A stretch of DNA of 64,000 nucleotides from Alloascoidea hylecoeti (taxonomy: Eukaryota): NCBI GenBank assembly GCA_001600815.1, contig BCKZ01000007.1:792059-856058 (forward strand), read 5' to 3'. The stretch's first letter is position 1. Each line of letters opens with the position of its first letter. Position numbers and translations under genes: made by a program. Below are positions 50,057 through 62,600 of the stretch, piece by piece. The notes below the pieces were generated by a model that was not told where the DNA came from, did not search any database, and was given only the letters and a program-made list of their open reading frames with translations.

Positions 50057-51559
50057 ATGGCATCAACACCAATAGAATGCTCTCTTTCAAATATCCCCAT
50101 CGAGGAGTTCCAAAAGGGATTTGGTTTTAGAAACTTATGTTGTGTAACAGCACAGTTGATTTCCCTATTACAAACCCCTAAGATGGGGTTTATCACAATA
50201 TCAGATTTCACTCCCATAAATGACCGGGCTGTTTCTTCCGTGGTTTATGCAAAACAATTAAAGGATGATATTGAACTCGATAGATCTTTTTTATTTCAGG
50301 TTAAAATATTCCCTGAAAGGTGGTCTGAAGTCATTTCAGATTTTAAAAAGGCTTATTTCATTCAACATAAAAGGAATATATCCTTATTCCAAGGTGCTAG
50401 TTTCGAGGATGTTGGAAATCTTAATATGTTTGTAAAAGTTCATTTCAAACCAAGTTGTTATAATCATACTTATGAAGGTGGCATATATAGGCATGATGGA
50501 TCTGTTGAATTTCTTCCCAGAAGTACAAGGTCTAACGCGTTTAAAACACTTCTATTAAGAAGATACAATTTCATAAAGGAAGCCGAAGAAGGAAATCCAA
50601 ATATAAATAATAATGAATCATTATCGGATCAAAGTGAAGTAACCATTCAACAAGATGATCAGGAATATTTTAAAGATTCTCCAATCAAAAGAAGATCTAG
50701 ATCATCATCCGAAGAAAGTCTTACTCCTCACAAAAAAGTGAAAAAATCTAATTCTGTCGAAGAAAATCCAAGCCCCCTCAAAAAACCGAAGAAATCTAAA
50801 TCATCGGAAGAAATATTTGTTAAATCAAAACAATCTCCAAAGTATGTAACTGAAAATATTATAAAATCATTTACTAAAACTCCACAATCTCAAATGTCTC
50901 AAATACCATTGGCTTCACAAGATACTGAATTCCCATTTGAATCAATTACAAATATATCTCAATTATTTACTCAAGCCCAAGAATTGAACGATAACGATAA
51001 TGATAACGATAATGATAACGATAATGATAACGATGACTTTAATGTTTCAACCACAAATACAGATCTTGTATCACAATCACAAGTTGAACAACCTATTCTA
51101 GAACAACTACCATTATCAATATTGTTAACAAGAGATCATAATAAAAATATTTCATTTAATTATCAATTTAGAATTAGATGCAGAGTTGTATCTCATACCC
51201 CAACAAATATTGAAAATTTTATTTATAAAAAAAATTTAAATCATAATGAAAAAATATTTATGAAATTTAATTTAACAATAGTTGATCATTTAGAAGAAAT
51301 TAATTATAATAAATCTGATGATAAATGTTTTAATGATGCAAATGTTTTAAGAATTGAATGTATAAACGAATATGCCTTAAAACTTTTAAATTGTGATTTA
51401 AATCTAAATGAAATTTATCAAAAACCTGAACGTTTACAAAAATATTATGATGATTTTATGATGAATAAAAGTACTAATTTATCTCTTACTATTATGAAAA
51501 TTAAAGAAAATGAAAGAAAAGGATATTGGAATAAATGGGTATTATGTGATTGCAATTAA
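50057..51559 (+). CDS. Putative two-OB-fold telomeric ssDNA-binding protein (Pot1/Cdc13-like)
   Basis: N-domain FITISDFTPIN, disordered S/K/Q/DN linker and C-domain FRIRCRVVSHTPTNIENF...FNLTIVD resemble Pot1 OB2 and C-terminal OB motifs. The ORF is solid, the function is tentative. Confidence 0.5.
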   Translation: MASTPIECSLSNIPIEEFQKGFGFRNLCCVTAQLISLLQTPKMGFITISDFTPINDRAVSSVVYAKQLKDDIELDRSFLFQVKIFPERWSEVISDFKKAYFIQHKRNISLFQGASFEDVGNLNMFVKVHFKPSCYNHTYEGGIYRHDGSVEFLPRSTRSNAFKTLLLRRYNFIKEAEEGNPNINNNESLSDQSEVTIQQDDQEYFKDSPIKRRSRSSSEESLTPHKKVKKSNSVEENPSPLKKPKKSKSSEEIFVKSKQSPKYVTENIIKSFTKTPQSQMSQIPLASQDTEFPFESITNISQLFTQAQELNDNDNDNDNDNDNDNDDFNVSTTNTDLVSQSQVEQPILEQLPLSILLTRDHNKNISFNYQFRIRCRVVSHTPTNIENFIYKKNLNHNEKIFMKFNLTIVDHLEEINYNKSDDKCFNDANVLRIECINEYALKLLNCDLNLNEIYQKPERLQKYYDDFMMNKSTNLSLTIMKIKENERKGYWNKWVLCDCN

Positions 51560-51814
51560 GTATATAATAAACACTAAAAAAAAAAGTTTATTCTTTTCTC
51601 CTTCTATTATTCTATTAGAACTTTTAAGCTTATACTAAAGATTGAGTTGTTTTTTCCCCATGTTTATATTATTCTCTAATTCCATATAAATATTTTTTTT
51701 TTTATTGTTATTATCATCCTTAGCTTTTCATTGTTTGAGACGTGAATCTAAGGGAAAAAAGGATCACTTTATACTTTAAATTTAAAGATTTAATCAATAT
51801 ATACCATAATTTAA

Positions 51815-52990
51815 TTATAACCTCATATGAATATTAATCTTATTTATACCAGTTGTTACACCAGCTTTATTCAAATCCACAACTCCATTTGAAGATGTCT
51901 CAAACTCAATAGTTTCTCCGACTTCATCTGCACCAAACATTTTTATTGGACTTGCAATTGAATTTACAGCTGCGGATCCGGAGTTTCCAATTGAAACTCC
52001 TTGTTCAGAACCAATTGGTACAGGATCTGAATGTAACAAAGTAGGGGATGATACCTCATCAGTTTCAAGATCTCCATCATTGTAACCAAGCATCCCTTTA
52101 TCAATTCCAGATATTTTTCTAATCACTTGAACAAAAGGCCAAGGAATACTTCTAAATATTGGTAAGAAATTCCCATAAAATGGAAGTTTAATCTCTCCTC
52201 TTCTTCCGGCAACAATAGACTTAACAATAACATTTGCAACATATTTAGGTTCCAAAACTGGGGCAAATAATGAGGATGGTGTCTTAACCCCATTAAATAA
52301 TTTTGTGTTCATTTGTCCAGGAGCAATTAGTAAGGTCTTAACCCCAGTTTTACCAAACGCCGGAGGTCCAAGCTCGTAAGATAATGATTCATGTAATGAA
52401 AGAAGTCCTGATTTTGAAGCTCCATATACCGCTATTGTACTTGTTATTAGTTATCATTAAAGCGCCGTGTCATAAATATAATATAATTATAAAAATATAC
52501 TCAATCTTGCTGGGGTCATATATCCCAAAACAGAAGAAACAGAAACAATATAACCACGATTCTTCTCTAACATTCCAGGCAGTAACATCTTAATTGTATA
52601 AAAACTTGCAAGTAAATTAACTTGAATTGTCTTTTCAATTTCTTCAAATGTTAAATGAATCAATGGTTTACCAGTAGTAATTGCAGCATTATTGATTAAA
52701 ATAGTAACAATACCAACTTCTTTTTTTATTTTTTTAATAGTTTTTGCAACATCTGATCTTTTTGAAATATCGCATCTATAATAATGAACACCGGAAATAT
52801 GATTTTCAGGAAGGGGATTTGAAATATCTAAAACAACAACGTTTGCATCCCTTCTGCGGAATTCTAAAGCAATTTCGGTACCCAGACCGCCGGCACCACC
52901 AGTAATAAGAACCAAGTCTTGATTTGAATCAAAAGACATTGAATTGAACAATGAATTGGCACCGCTGTGGACGAAGTTTAAAACCGGCAT
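51815..52990 (-). CDS. Short-chain dehydrogenase, TDA5/YLR426W-like (368 aa); intron 52500..52432
   Basis: TGGAGGLG and LINNAA motifs; the spliced T|VYGASK restores the YxxxK catalytic motif; intron GTATAT...AACTAAT...TAG. Confidence 0.88.
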
Positions 52991-53372
52991 GTATGAGTGA
53001 ATTTTATAGTTTTTCAATCAATTAATTATAAAAAGAAGTTGATAAGTTTATTTTTTGTTTACAAAAGAAAAGAGCCAAAAAGTCAAAAAAAAAAGGTGTA
53101 ATATTAAAGAAGTAGAGCAAATTAATTATCAAAGAAGTTAATTGATTTGATTAAATTAAATCCCCAATTGCAATTGTTTTATATAAATGCACAAACCTAA
53201 AGTCATCACGTGCATTCGTTTTAGCGTCAACGGCATAAATAAAACTCTGATGAGATAGCATATATAATTTATTTATTCATTTAAATTTATTTATTTTAGT
53301 TATTTTAGTTATTTTAGTTATTTATCTAATATTTATTTATTTATATATTTTTTTAAATCTTTAATGTTATTT

Positions 53373-55421
53373 TTATTTTTCTTTTAAAAATGTAACAAAA
53401 TTCGAAGGAAATGCCCCAATTCTACCTGATGGTGTTCTCCCATACCACCAATATTCATTATCACCATGTGTACTTAATAACATTATTTTCTCACCTTCTT
53501 TAAAAGAAAGATCTCCAGGTATTTCACCATGGAAAGTATGTGTTGCATATAAGTCATAATTTTCTCCACTTAATGTATCCGTTTCTGAATCGTCCGATTC
53601 TTCATCAGTTCCGAAATAATTAAGATCTACTGAATTTAATTCACAAATAATTGATTTAAAAGTTGATGGTTTATAGTTCTGAAGAACTTTATCTGAAATT
53701 TCAACTTCTTCATTACCACTACTAGTAGTTGCATTACTGTTATTTTCATTATCATGATCATGATCAATTGATATTGAATGATTATTATTAGTTTCATTAA
53801 ATTCGTACATTGCTCTTATTGAATCCATTAAATTTGAACCTGTATTTGATGTTAATGCTCTTGCAAGTAATTGGACATGTCTATCATGTGGTTTAAAAAC
53901 GGTTGTAATTGGACAACTGTTAAGAATAAGGTTTTGTGGAATAGCATTTGTTCCTTCAGTTATACTTTCAACATCTTCAATAAGGTTAGCGGGTACATTC
54001 TCTTTAAATAATTTAGCAGTTGGTCTACTTAATGCTGTTGTCCCTGAACGTTTACGGCCTGTGATTGTTACAGGTTTAGAGTTTTTATTGAGTGAGGTAC
54101 TAGATGAACTTCTATGAAGAGGATTTGGTTTTTTGAAAAAACCCCAAGATGCTTGGTTTGATATAGTAGCAGAACGAAGTTTTTGAAATCTTGCCGGTTC
54201 CGGTTCGGTATATTTTTCATCATTTTCTTTTTCTTCTTCAATTACAACTTTTTTTTCTAATTTTTTAGTTTTTCCAGTTAAAATTGGACCTAATGGATCA
54301 GCAATTGTTGTAAACATTCCTTCTTCTCTATCAATTGGTTTAACAGGATTTGAATCAGATCTTAACATATAATCGAAATGAACTTTATGAGGATTCAAAG
54401 TTTTCTTTTCCTTTTCAACTTCAATTTCTTTAACTAATGGTAAATGTATTGAATTTCCATCTGCTATAACTCTTATTGATTCAAATTTCCTTTGAACTTT
54501 ATTAAATTGAATTTCCCAATCTTTTGATAAAACTTCATAATTATTATTGTTTTTATCATTTAATCCATAAGTTATTGTAAATTTTTTTAAATTTTCATTA
54601 TAAATTGATAAAATATCTAATTGAGTTTTATAATAAATAAAAGTTAAAATATTTAAAAATTCAGTAAATTTACCTAAACAATTTGGTATAATTTTTTTAA
54701 TTTTATCATCAATATTAATAAAAATTTTTGTTGAATTTTCTAAATCTAATTGAGCTTTTTTGAAATGATTTTTATCTCTTTCTGATAATATATCATCAAT
54801 ATCATTATAATCATTGAGGGAATCACCATTAATTCCTTTATTATAAAATTTTTCAACATTATTTAAATATCTATCATAATCAAGTTTTTTATGATTTCTT
54901 TTAATTAATAATTTTGATATTAATTCTAAATGAATTGACATTTCTCTTGTTTTAACTAATACTGAACTTTCTAAATTTTCAAGCATTGTGAAAACTGTAC
55001 CTTTTACAGATAAAATTGTTGATATAAATTCACCTAATTCTTCCATTGTTATTTGTGATGCGTGTTGATAAGGTTTTTTTTGATTTCTTAAAAGAATTAA
55101 ATTTGCTTCATCTTGAGTATTACTATTAATACTATGAATGTCTTCTTCTCCATGTACATCTAAATGATCATTTTGTTTAACATCAACATCAATAGGAGCA
55201 TATAATTCTAGTAATAATTTACAAAATTTAACATTATAGTTAAAGATTGATCTCCATGATTCGATATAAATCTTTGTTTGTTTTGACAAATATGATAAAG
55301 CAATGATAGACATTTTTATATCATCCCCCCATTTTATAATATCATGGTCGTCGGGTGTTTTCTTACCAAATAGTTGATGTGGGGTTCGTGTTATAGCTTT
55401 CTTTACGCCTTTTAACGACAT
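53373..55421 (-). CDS. N-BAR + SH3 protein, divergent RVS167 paralogue (682 aa)
   Basis: MSLKGVKKAITRTPHQL amphipathic start, KRNHKKLDYDR BAR motif, C-terminal GDLSFKEGE...WWYG...GAFPSNFV. Confidence 0.85.
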   Translation of the reverse strand: MSLKGVKKAITRTPHQLFGKKTPDDHDIIKWGDDIKMSIIALSYLSKQTKIYIESWRSIFNYNVKFCKLLLELYAPIDVDVKQNDHLDVHGEEDIHSINSNTQDEANLILLRNQKKPYQHASQITMEELGEFISTILSVKGTVFTMLENLESSVLVKTREMSIHLELISKLLIKRNHKKLDYDRYLNNVEKFYNKGINGDSLNDYNDIDDILSERDKNHFKKAQLDLENSTKIFINIDDKIKKIIPNCLGKFTEFLNILTFIYYKTQLDILSIYNENLKKFTITYGLNDKNNNNYEVLSKDWEIQFNKVQRKFESIRVIADGNSIHLPLVKEIEVEKEKKTLNPHKVHFDYMLRSDSNPVKPIDREEGMFTTIADPLGPILTGKTKKLEKKVVIEEEKENDEKYTEPEPARFQKLRSATISNQASWGFFKKPNPLHRSSSSTSLNKNSKPVTITGRKRSGTTALSRPTAKLFKENVPANLIEDVESITEGTNAIPQNLILNSCPITTVFKPHDRHVQLLARALTSNTGSNLMDSIRAMYEFNETNNNHSISIDHDHDNENNSNATTSSGNEEVEISDKVLQNYKPSTFKSIICELNSVDLNYFGTDEESDDSETDTLSGENYDLYATHTFHGEIPGDLSFKEGEKIMLLSTHGDNEYWWYGRTPSGRIGAFPSNFVTFLKEK

Positions 55422-56906
55422 TGAATGAAAATCGAAGATTTGAGGCTGAAAATAAAAAAGAAAATGAACGTTTAAATTTTGAAGAGCTCGAGAGTTGAAT
55501 GAAGACAAATCAAAGGGGTAAAAGTGAATAAAAGAAAGACAAATAAACAATATTAACGTGGTCTTAAAAAAATTAATAGGAAGCCGAAAATGGGATTAAG
55601 TTTATGTTGTATGTTAGAGAAAAGGGGTTACCCTTAGCTGGCACTACTACGGTGACTACCTTGATCACTCACTCCATGTTAAAAACTTTTCAAGCTTTGT
55701 TGCAGTGCATATAAATATAAAACCGGCTTAGCCGTCACCCAATGGAAAACCATGATATCAAATATTATGAAACGGTATATAACCTTCACATATTTTAAAT
55801 GTTCATGTTTTTAATGTTAATATCATAGATGTCTACTACAGAAGATAATGCAAAGGTGTTTTATCCAATAACACTGAACGTAACAACCTTTATATTAACC
55901 TATTAATTAGTACTTCTCTAGGATACACAATTGTTATAAATTTGATACAAATTTGTTTGAAAGTTGAACATTTAATTTGTCTCTGTTTTTCTATTTTTAT
56001 ATTAGATTGCTTTTTCATAACTAAACTAAACAAATTAACTGCTTGAAATTGAAACCTTTCGATTCTGTAATTAAACGAATATAGACACAAACAAAATTAT
56101 TCAATTACAAGTTATAGTTATTTCAATTTCATTTTCATTCTCATTTAAGTTTGAATGATTCGCGATTGTACTTATTTTTTAACTATAGAATTTCTAAATC
56201 GATTTGTAAAATTTAGGTAAATCACCAAAAAAGGGTAATAGAATATTAATAAAATAATCTAATAATATCAATTAATTAATTAATTTATTGATCACTTGAT
56301 AATAAATGTAAATGTAAATAGAGAACTAAATAAAATTAAACCCTTTTAACAAAAATAAAGATCCTAATTAATTGATAATATAATTGATAACGTTTTAAAG
56401 ATAACAAGATAAAACAATTGAAGAAATAAATAGCGGTTATAGTTGATTATAATGAAAAATTAAAACATATAAGTGTTATATAAGCTTTATGATTAGGCTA
56501 AGCTAAACTAAATAATTTTGAAATTTTAATTTGTTTTTAATTTGTTTTTTTTAATTTCTGTATTTTTTTTAAGTTTTTCTTTAAAAAAAAAACATGGGTC
56601 TGTATATTTTAAGGTGGAAACATATATATATATATTTTTTTTTGTGGTCTGTAAATTTTTAGTTAAAAGACATGATGATGATTAGAAGTACATATAATAA
56701 TACCAGCCAAACAAAAATAAAAAAAGTAAATAAAAAATAAAAAATAAAAAACATGAATATAAAAATGTAAAAAAAATGTTATATAAGTTATATATAAGTT
56801 ATAAACAAAAAATTCACAATTATGCAGATTGTAGTATTCCATGGAGGTTTGAAAAATTTTATGATGAGTTTTATAAAACAAGCAAATTTTTAAAAAACAA
56901 GATTAA

Positions 56907-56937
56907 AAAAAAAAAAAAAAAAAAAATTTGAGAGTTG

Positions 56938-56971
<34 letters not shown>

Positions 56972-56980
56972 AGAGAGAGA
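56907..56980. repeat. Poly(A) tracts and (GA)n microsatellite
   Basis: Two long A runs followed by GAGAGA, downstream of the C2H2 gene. Confidence 0.9.
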
Positions 56981-57041
56981 GAAGCAAAGTCACAGACTTT
57001 CCACTTCAATATGAAAATATTTATAAATTATAATGAAAAAT

Positions 57042-58319
57042 TTATGGCATTAGCTTTTCCATGGATAAAACTTTGCATCTATTTGATAAATCATCGGTTA
57101 AAATATGATTTTCTAACCAATCTTCACCAGTACTTCGTCTACCACAATGAGCACAAACACCTTCATGACCCAATTTTGAATTTAAATTTTTAAATCTATT
57201 AACAATTTTATCATAATCAAATTTAAAATGAGTATGAAGTAAATGTTTCTTAAAATCATATTTTCGATTAAATTGACCACGTTTATGTCGGCATAAATGT
57301 CTTGGGAATGGACATTTAAATCTACCATCAGATTCATGAGTTCTCATATGTCTTGGTAGATCCCGTACTAAATATTCATTACAAACGGGACAAACATGAT
57401 TATCAACAGAAGTTGTCGATTTCTTTCTACCAGTTTTATGTATAACTCTTTGTTTTGTGATTTTATTTGGCTTACAATTTGAAGATGTAGATTTCGTAGT
57501 TGTATTTGAACGATGGCCTGCAGCTTTCTCTTTTGCTAATTGTAGTTGAGATTCATCTAAAGTTATTGTTATTTTATGTGGGATTTCCTGATGGAAGGCA
57601 ATATTTGAGTCATCAGGCTCGGAATGGCATTGGGAGTGACATGGAGAGAATACGGCGTGGGAATGTTCCGATTCGGGGGTCGAGTAAGAAGAACAAGACG
57701 AGGCACTGGAATAAGAGAAGGTTGATTGGGAGGAGCATGTGGAGGAGGAGCGCAGAGGAACGCTTTGCAGGACAAAAGTCGTTGCAGAGTCCAGACATGA
57801 ATTAAGGTTTACTTTCTCGCTTTCTGAGGGCAGAGGCACCGAGGCCAAAGAAACCGAGGGGTCGAACATACCCGTGTTGAGCACTATCTGGTTCAGGTTG
57901 CCGGGGACAGTGTAGTCAAAGCCCACACCCACACCGGAGAACTGCGCGGACAGCTGGGCGGACAGCTGTGTGGACAAGTCTGTCGATAGCTCGGAGGAGA
58001 GCTCGGAGGAGAGCTCGGAGGACAGCTCTGTCGACAGCTCCGTCAAATCTGTAGGCACGGGAAAGTCCTGTTCGTGTTTTATCGTCCGGATAAAGTCCTG
58101 TTCTCCGGTGACGCTGTCGTAGTCGAACATGCCGTTTTCCAATTGGGACAGGTCCTCGGAGCTGACGGTGAGCTCCGTGTCCTCGAAGTAGAACGGGGAC
58201 GGGCTGGTTGTGTTTGAGCTGCCCAGGGAGTAGTAGCCAGACTTGCTGGACGGGGCTGGAGACGGGACCGGGGCGTCCAGAAAGCCATTGTTTAGGTACA
58301 GGGGTTGACAGAAAGCCAT
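57042..58319 (-). CDS. C2H2 zinc-finger transcription factor (425 aa)
   Basis: CPVC...RDLPRHMRTH, CPFPRHLC...FKKHLLHTH and CAHCG...WLENH fingers; acidic/Ser-rich N-terminus; ATG at 58319. Confidence 0.9.
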   Translation of the reverse strand: MAFCQPLYLNNGFLDAPVPSPAPSSKSGYYSLGSSNTTSPSPFYFEDTELTVSSEDLSQLENGMFDYDSVTGEQDFIRTIKHEQDFPVPTDLTELSTELSSELSSELSSELSTDLSTQLSAQLSAQFSGVGVGFDYTVPGNLNQIVLNTGMFDPSVSLASVPLPSESEKVNLNSCLDSATTFVLQSVPLRSSSTCSSQSTFSYSSASSCSSYSTPESEHSHAVFSPCHSQCHSEPDDSNIAFHQEIPHKITITLDESQLQLAKEKAAGHRSNTTTKSTSSNCKPNKITKQRVIHKTGRKKSTTSVDNHVCPVCNEYLVRDLPRHMRTHESDGRFKCPFPRHLCRHKRGQFNRKYDFKKHLLHTHFKFDYDKIVNRFKNLNSKLGHEGVCAHCGRRSTGEDWLENHILTDDLSNRCKVLSMEKLMP

Positions 58320-59603
58320 TAATATAACTGATTGAGATGAAGAAGAAGAAAAGATTAAATTTGTAAAGAGCGACTGGAAAGATGGAAATTTAAGAGACTT
58401 GATAAGGACTATATATAATTCAACATATGAGATGAGATAATTATAATATCCAACGCACACTAATCAGATGCACAGCCATGCATGCAGGCATCCACATTCA
58501 ACTTATAATTATATCATGCATGCACTTAAATTAATTATTTCTGCGCCGCTGCTGCATCCGCTCGCATTCGGCCTCCGTTCGGCAGCCACAGTTCTGCCAC
58601 TGTTCGGGTGCTCTCCCGTACCACGTCTGCTTCCGCACGCGCTCCGCACCGGTTCCGCACGCGCTCCGCACGGATTCCGCGTCCGGCAGCCTGTATTAAA
58701 CTTGGACCTGCATAGTTCATCACCACCATTCCCAGCACGTAGCCAAACGGCAAACCGTCTGGATCAACGGAAAAAATGTATGTTCCTCATCTCCACGGTG
58801 AATTGGTATTCTCATCGTCTCGCACCAGAGCCGTTGGTATGCTCATCGCAACGTGCCCATATCATCTGGTAGTCATTGTCTTCAGATTTGCCCGGAACTC
58901 CACATTTATGTAGCACACACTGGAATGGGCCAGTGATGAGGGTGCTCATAATTCTAGATGTATGACACAGCCAGATCCATATCATCCAATAGATGCATAC
59001 CTCCAACCTTTCGGATCCCCAACCACAATCTTCTCTCCAGAAAATTTAATGATCTTCTTTATTATATATGCCCACATGGACTCATGTCATGGAGTTAACC
59101 TTTTCTAGTTCGGTATGTACCATCTTATTGCCATTAGCCAACGTAACCTTTGTCGCAACTACTTCCGTATACCTTCTACTTGTAGCTATAAACTATAACT
59201 AGTTGTTAAACAATGGTACCATTGATCATATGAATATCCTGAAACGGTTATTTCCCATTACCATTTTATCGTATGTTTTTCTTTACCAGCTTCTAACCTT
59301 AGTCTAACTTCCAAGCTCTTAGCTTGACTTCTGGTTTCTAACGCTTACTAACATTTACAATGTGTGGGGATATTTGATGTAAGGTTAATAACCAGTATTA
59401 ACCATATGTCTACATAACGCTAATGGTAGTCAAGCTGACCGAATTTGGATTAATTACAATAGGAAATAGTTGTAATTGTAAAAATAGCTACTTTTTGGCA
59501 TGTTTGTATTTTATTTTTTTGTTACCATTAACTCAACGTTAACTATACAGTATATATCATCCACCTGTCAAAACAATTTCAATAAAATTTATGATCATAA
59601 ATT

Positions 59604-59671
59604 TAAAAATTATAAAATAAAAATTATAAAATAAAAATTATAAAATAAAAATTATAAAATAAAAATTATAA
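59604..59671. repeat. 14-bp AT minisatellite (TAAAAATTATAAAA) x about 5
   Basis: Direct tandem repeat read from the sequence. Confidence 0.9.
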
Positions 59672-62600
59672 GCTTATTCAATGAATCATGATGAAGATGA
59701 AATAATGGCAATGTGAAACCAAATTGTATAGTTACACACATACGAAAAATAATAATACTCTTTTTTATTTTCTCATCTTTATTGAAATGCTTGTAATTGG
59801 GTATTTTAACCAATACTCAGGAAACAGGATTTTGTATTCGCTTTTCAGGAATATATTTCAACCATGTCTTAATAATATAATTAATTCCCCTCCTCCCCTC
59901 GTTCACTAATTCCATACTAAAAGTTTTTCGTTTATTAATATGATTGCAATTGATCGATTTTAAAATAAATTAAAACCTGGATTTTATGTTTAAACCATTA
60001 TGTCATTTTTATCCTACATTTAAATTCTTAATTCTTAATTCTTTAATTCTACAATTAATTCGAGATCGAATTTCCAATATTCTTCATTATTGAATTGAAA
60101 TTTTATTTGTCAGACATTACGAAACCATTTAAGTTTATATCCGGGAATACCCAAAATTCAAAGAGTCGAGCTTGAGCTTAAGTTTTCGAGTTTCAACTTT
60201 CAAGCGATGGCTTCATTAAATTAAAATAAGGTAATCAAAATAATATTAATATCTTTAATTCTAATATTCTAATATTAGCCCACAATTTTTTTATAAATTA
60301 GTCTGGACTCTTAAGCAGCTGAAATTTACTGATGTTACTTCACAATAGGTCTCACTTGCATAATATATATTCAATCAATCATATTTCTTAACTTTAAAAA
60401 AGGTTTTTAACATGAGAAAATAAATAATAAATAATCTTGTTTATATACCCCTGTAACCTGATTATTATACCCTTTAAAAAAATCAATGTGCTGCTGTCGG
60501 GATCAAATACCGTGGTCCGTATAAATATGAGATATCCATATTTAAGTGATTGATATTTTATTTATTGTTTGTTACAGTTCTTAATTAAAAGCTTTACAAT
60601 GGCAATGTCAACTTTTTTAACTTTCAATTGGTTTAATTTAATATTCTAACGCATTTATATTATATATCGATAAATATTTTTATTTTAAAGGTTGGGTGGG
60701 GCTCGGAGGTAAATTTCATCATCATCATCATCACACTCAATTTTTCAAAATTTTAATTTCATAGGAAAGGATTAAATATTAAATTATTATATAATTGAAT
60801 TTTAATCAAATCAAAGCTTTAACATATTAAATCAATAATATTGAAATATTAAACTATTTCCTAATACAATTAAATCAAGCAATCAAATCATTAATATTCA
60901 ATAAAATAAATATTAAACAAAAAAGCTTCGCTTCTTAAGCTTGATGCTAATTATACATTTAAAGGTATCATATGTATGTCTGTTTTACGAACATGATCAG
61001 CCGACACTTTTCCCAATTGATTCTAAAATTGTACAATTATGACTTTTTAGATCTTTAAAATACTGATCATACATAATAAGAAATTATAAGAAATATTTAC
61101 TTCATCCATTTCATTGTTGAAAAAAGAATCATCGTAAATGATTTTTTATAAATTTGGGGATATTTTGTTTCCTTCTAGTGTTGGTAATTATGTCTATATC
61201 ATATGCTTTGATTTAATATCCCTCTCCATATTTTATAATTAATTGTTAATATTATACTATACCAATGGCGTATACATTTGTACATATTACATAATAATAT
61301 ATTTAATTTGTCATCATCTCCAAACATTTAACGTTTTTTGTTTGTTTGTTTGTTTATTTATTTGTTCATAATTAATTAATTAATTAATTAATTAATGATT
61401 TATTATACCATTTTATTCTGGATCCATTTAAATTTCATTTCATTTATACATTATAAAGTCATCTGTCTAAAACAGTTAAAATATATTAACTAAAACAATA
61501 TATATACAAATTTAAACGTATGTCCAAAACAAAAAAAAATCGTTTAAAATTTTTAAAATGTATTTGGTAGTTAATAAAAATATAATGAATCATTCATGAT
61601 CATATTGAAACTGATTTAAATATTAAAGAAAATATACGTACATGTATACACAATCTCGACCAATATATAATCATGGATATAGCGAAATTTTGAACTGTTC
61701 ATCAAATCATCAAAATCCCGATATAAATCACCATTATCATTGATTATGTAATGTTATAAACAGATCACATTTTTTAAGTATAAAATCGGATTTATGAAAA
61801 ATCCTACCCACCACCAGATTACCACTGGCATTTAGTATTTAAATATACCGGTAAATACTATCATATATTTAAATGTATTTAAATATTTTGAAACAACGAC
61901 GTCAATGTCTTAATCAGGGTTTATCTTTAAATTTAATATGAGAAAACATTCTTGATGGTAACAATCTATACTTATAAGAATAATACCTATGGCCAATAGT
62001 ATTCGTTATTTCTAACCCCTTTGTCTCATTGATTTTTTCTAGATCATTATCACAGAGATTAGATTGTCTTTAATTTTATGTTCTGGATGGGTGGGCCATG
62101 GGCCCAGAATCGAAACCCCAAAAAAAAGAGTGTTTCTGTTTATGTCAAATTTATTGTTAATATTAAATATTAAATATTAAACATTATATAAATTATATAT
62201 TTTTTTCAATTAATCTACTATACAATGTAGCTATTAACTTTACAATTTCTATACGGCTTTAGAGTTATTATGATTTATTAAGAAGGGGCCCTGGAATAAA
62301 GTTGTTGTAATTGTAATTGTCATCGACTTATCTTACACCCGAAACCCTATTAGAGCCATTCGTTTCAAACTCTAATCAAAATCAAAAGGATATCCTGATC
62401 CATATTTCTCTATAATAACGAATAATATTAATCGTTTATTCATTAATCATATCCATTTAATTCATTAATTAGGTTTATATTAACGTACTACCTATTACCT
62501 AATGAAAATAAATAATTATATTATATTAACATTTAGCTGCAGCTGTTAACTTTATAAATAGATACTGGTATATTATTAGATAAGCTTTGCAATTAGTTAC

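Noticed and set aside
58468..59006. Track ORFs of 64-134 aa in the GC-rich island
   Set aside because: Expected by chance in GC-rich DNA; no recognisable motifs.
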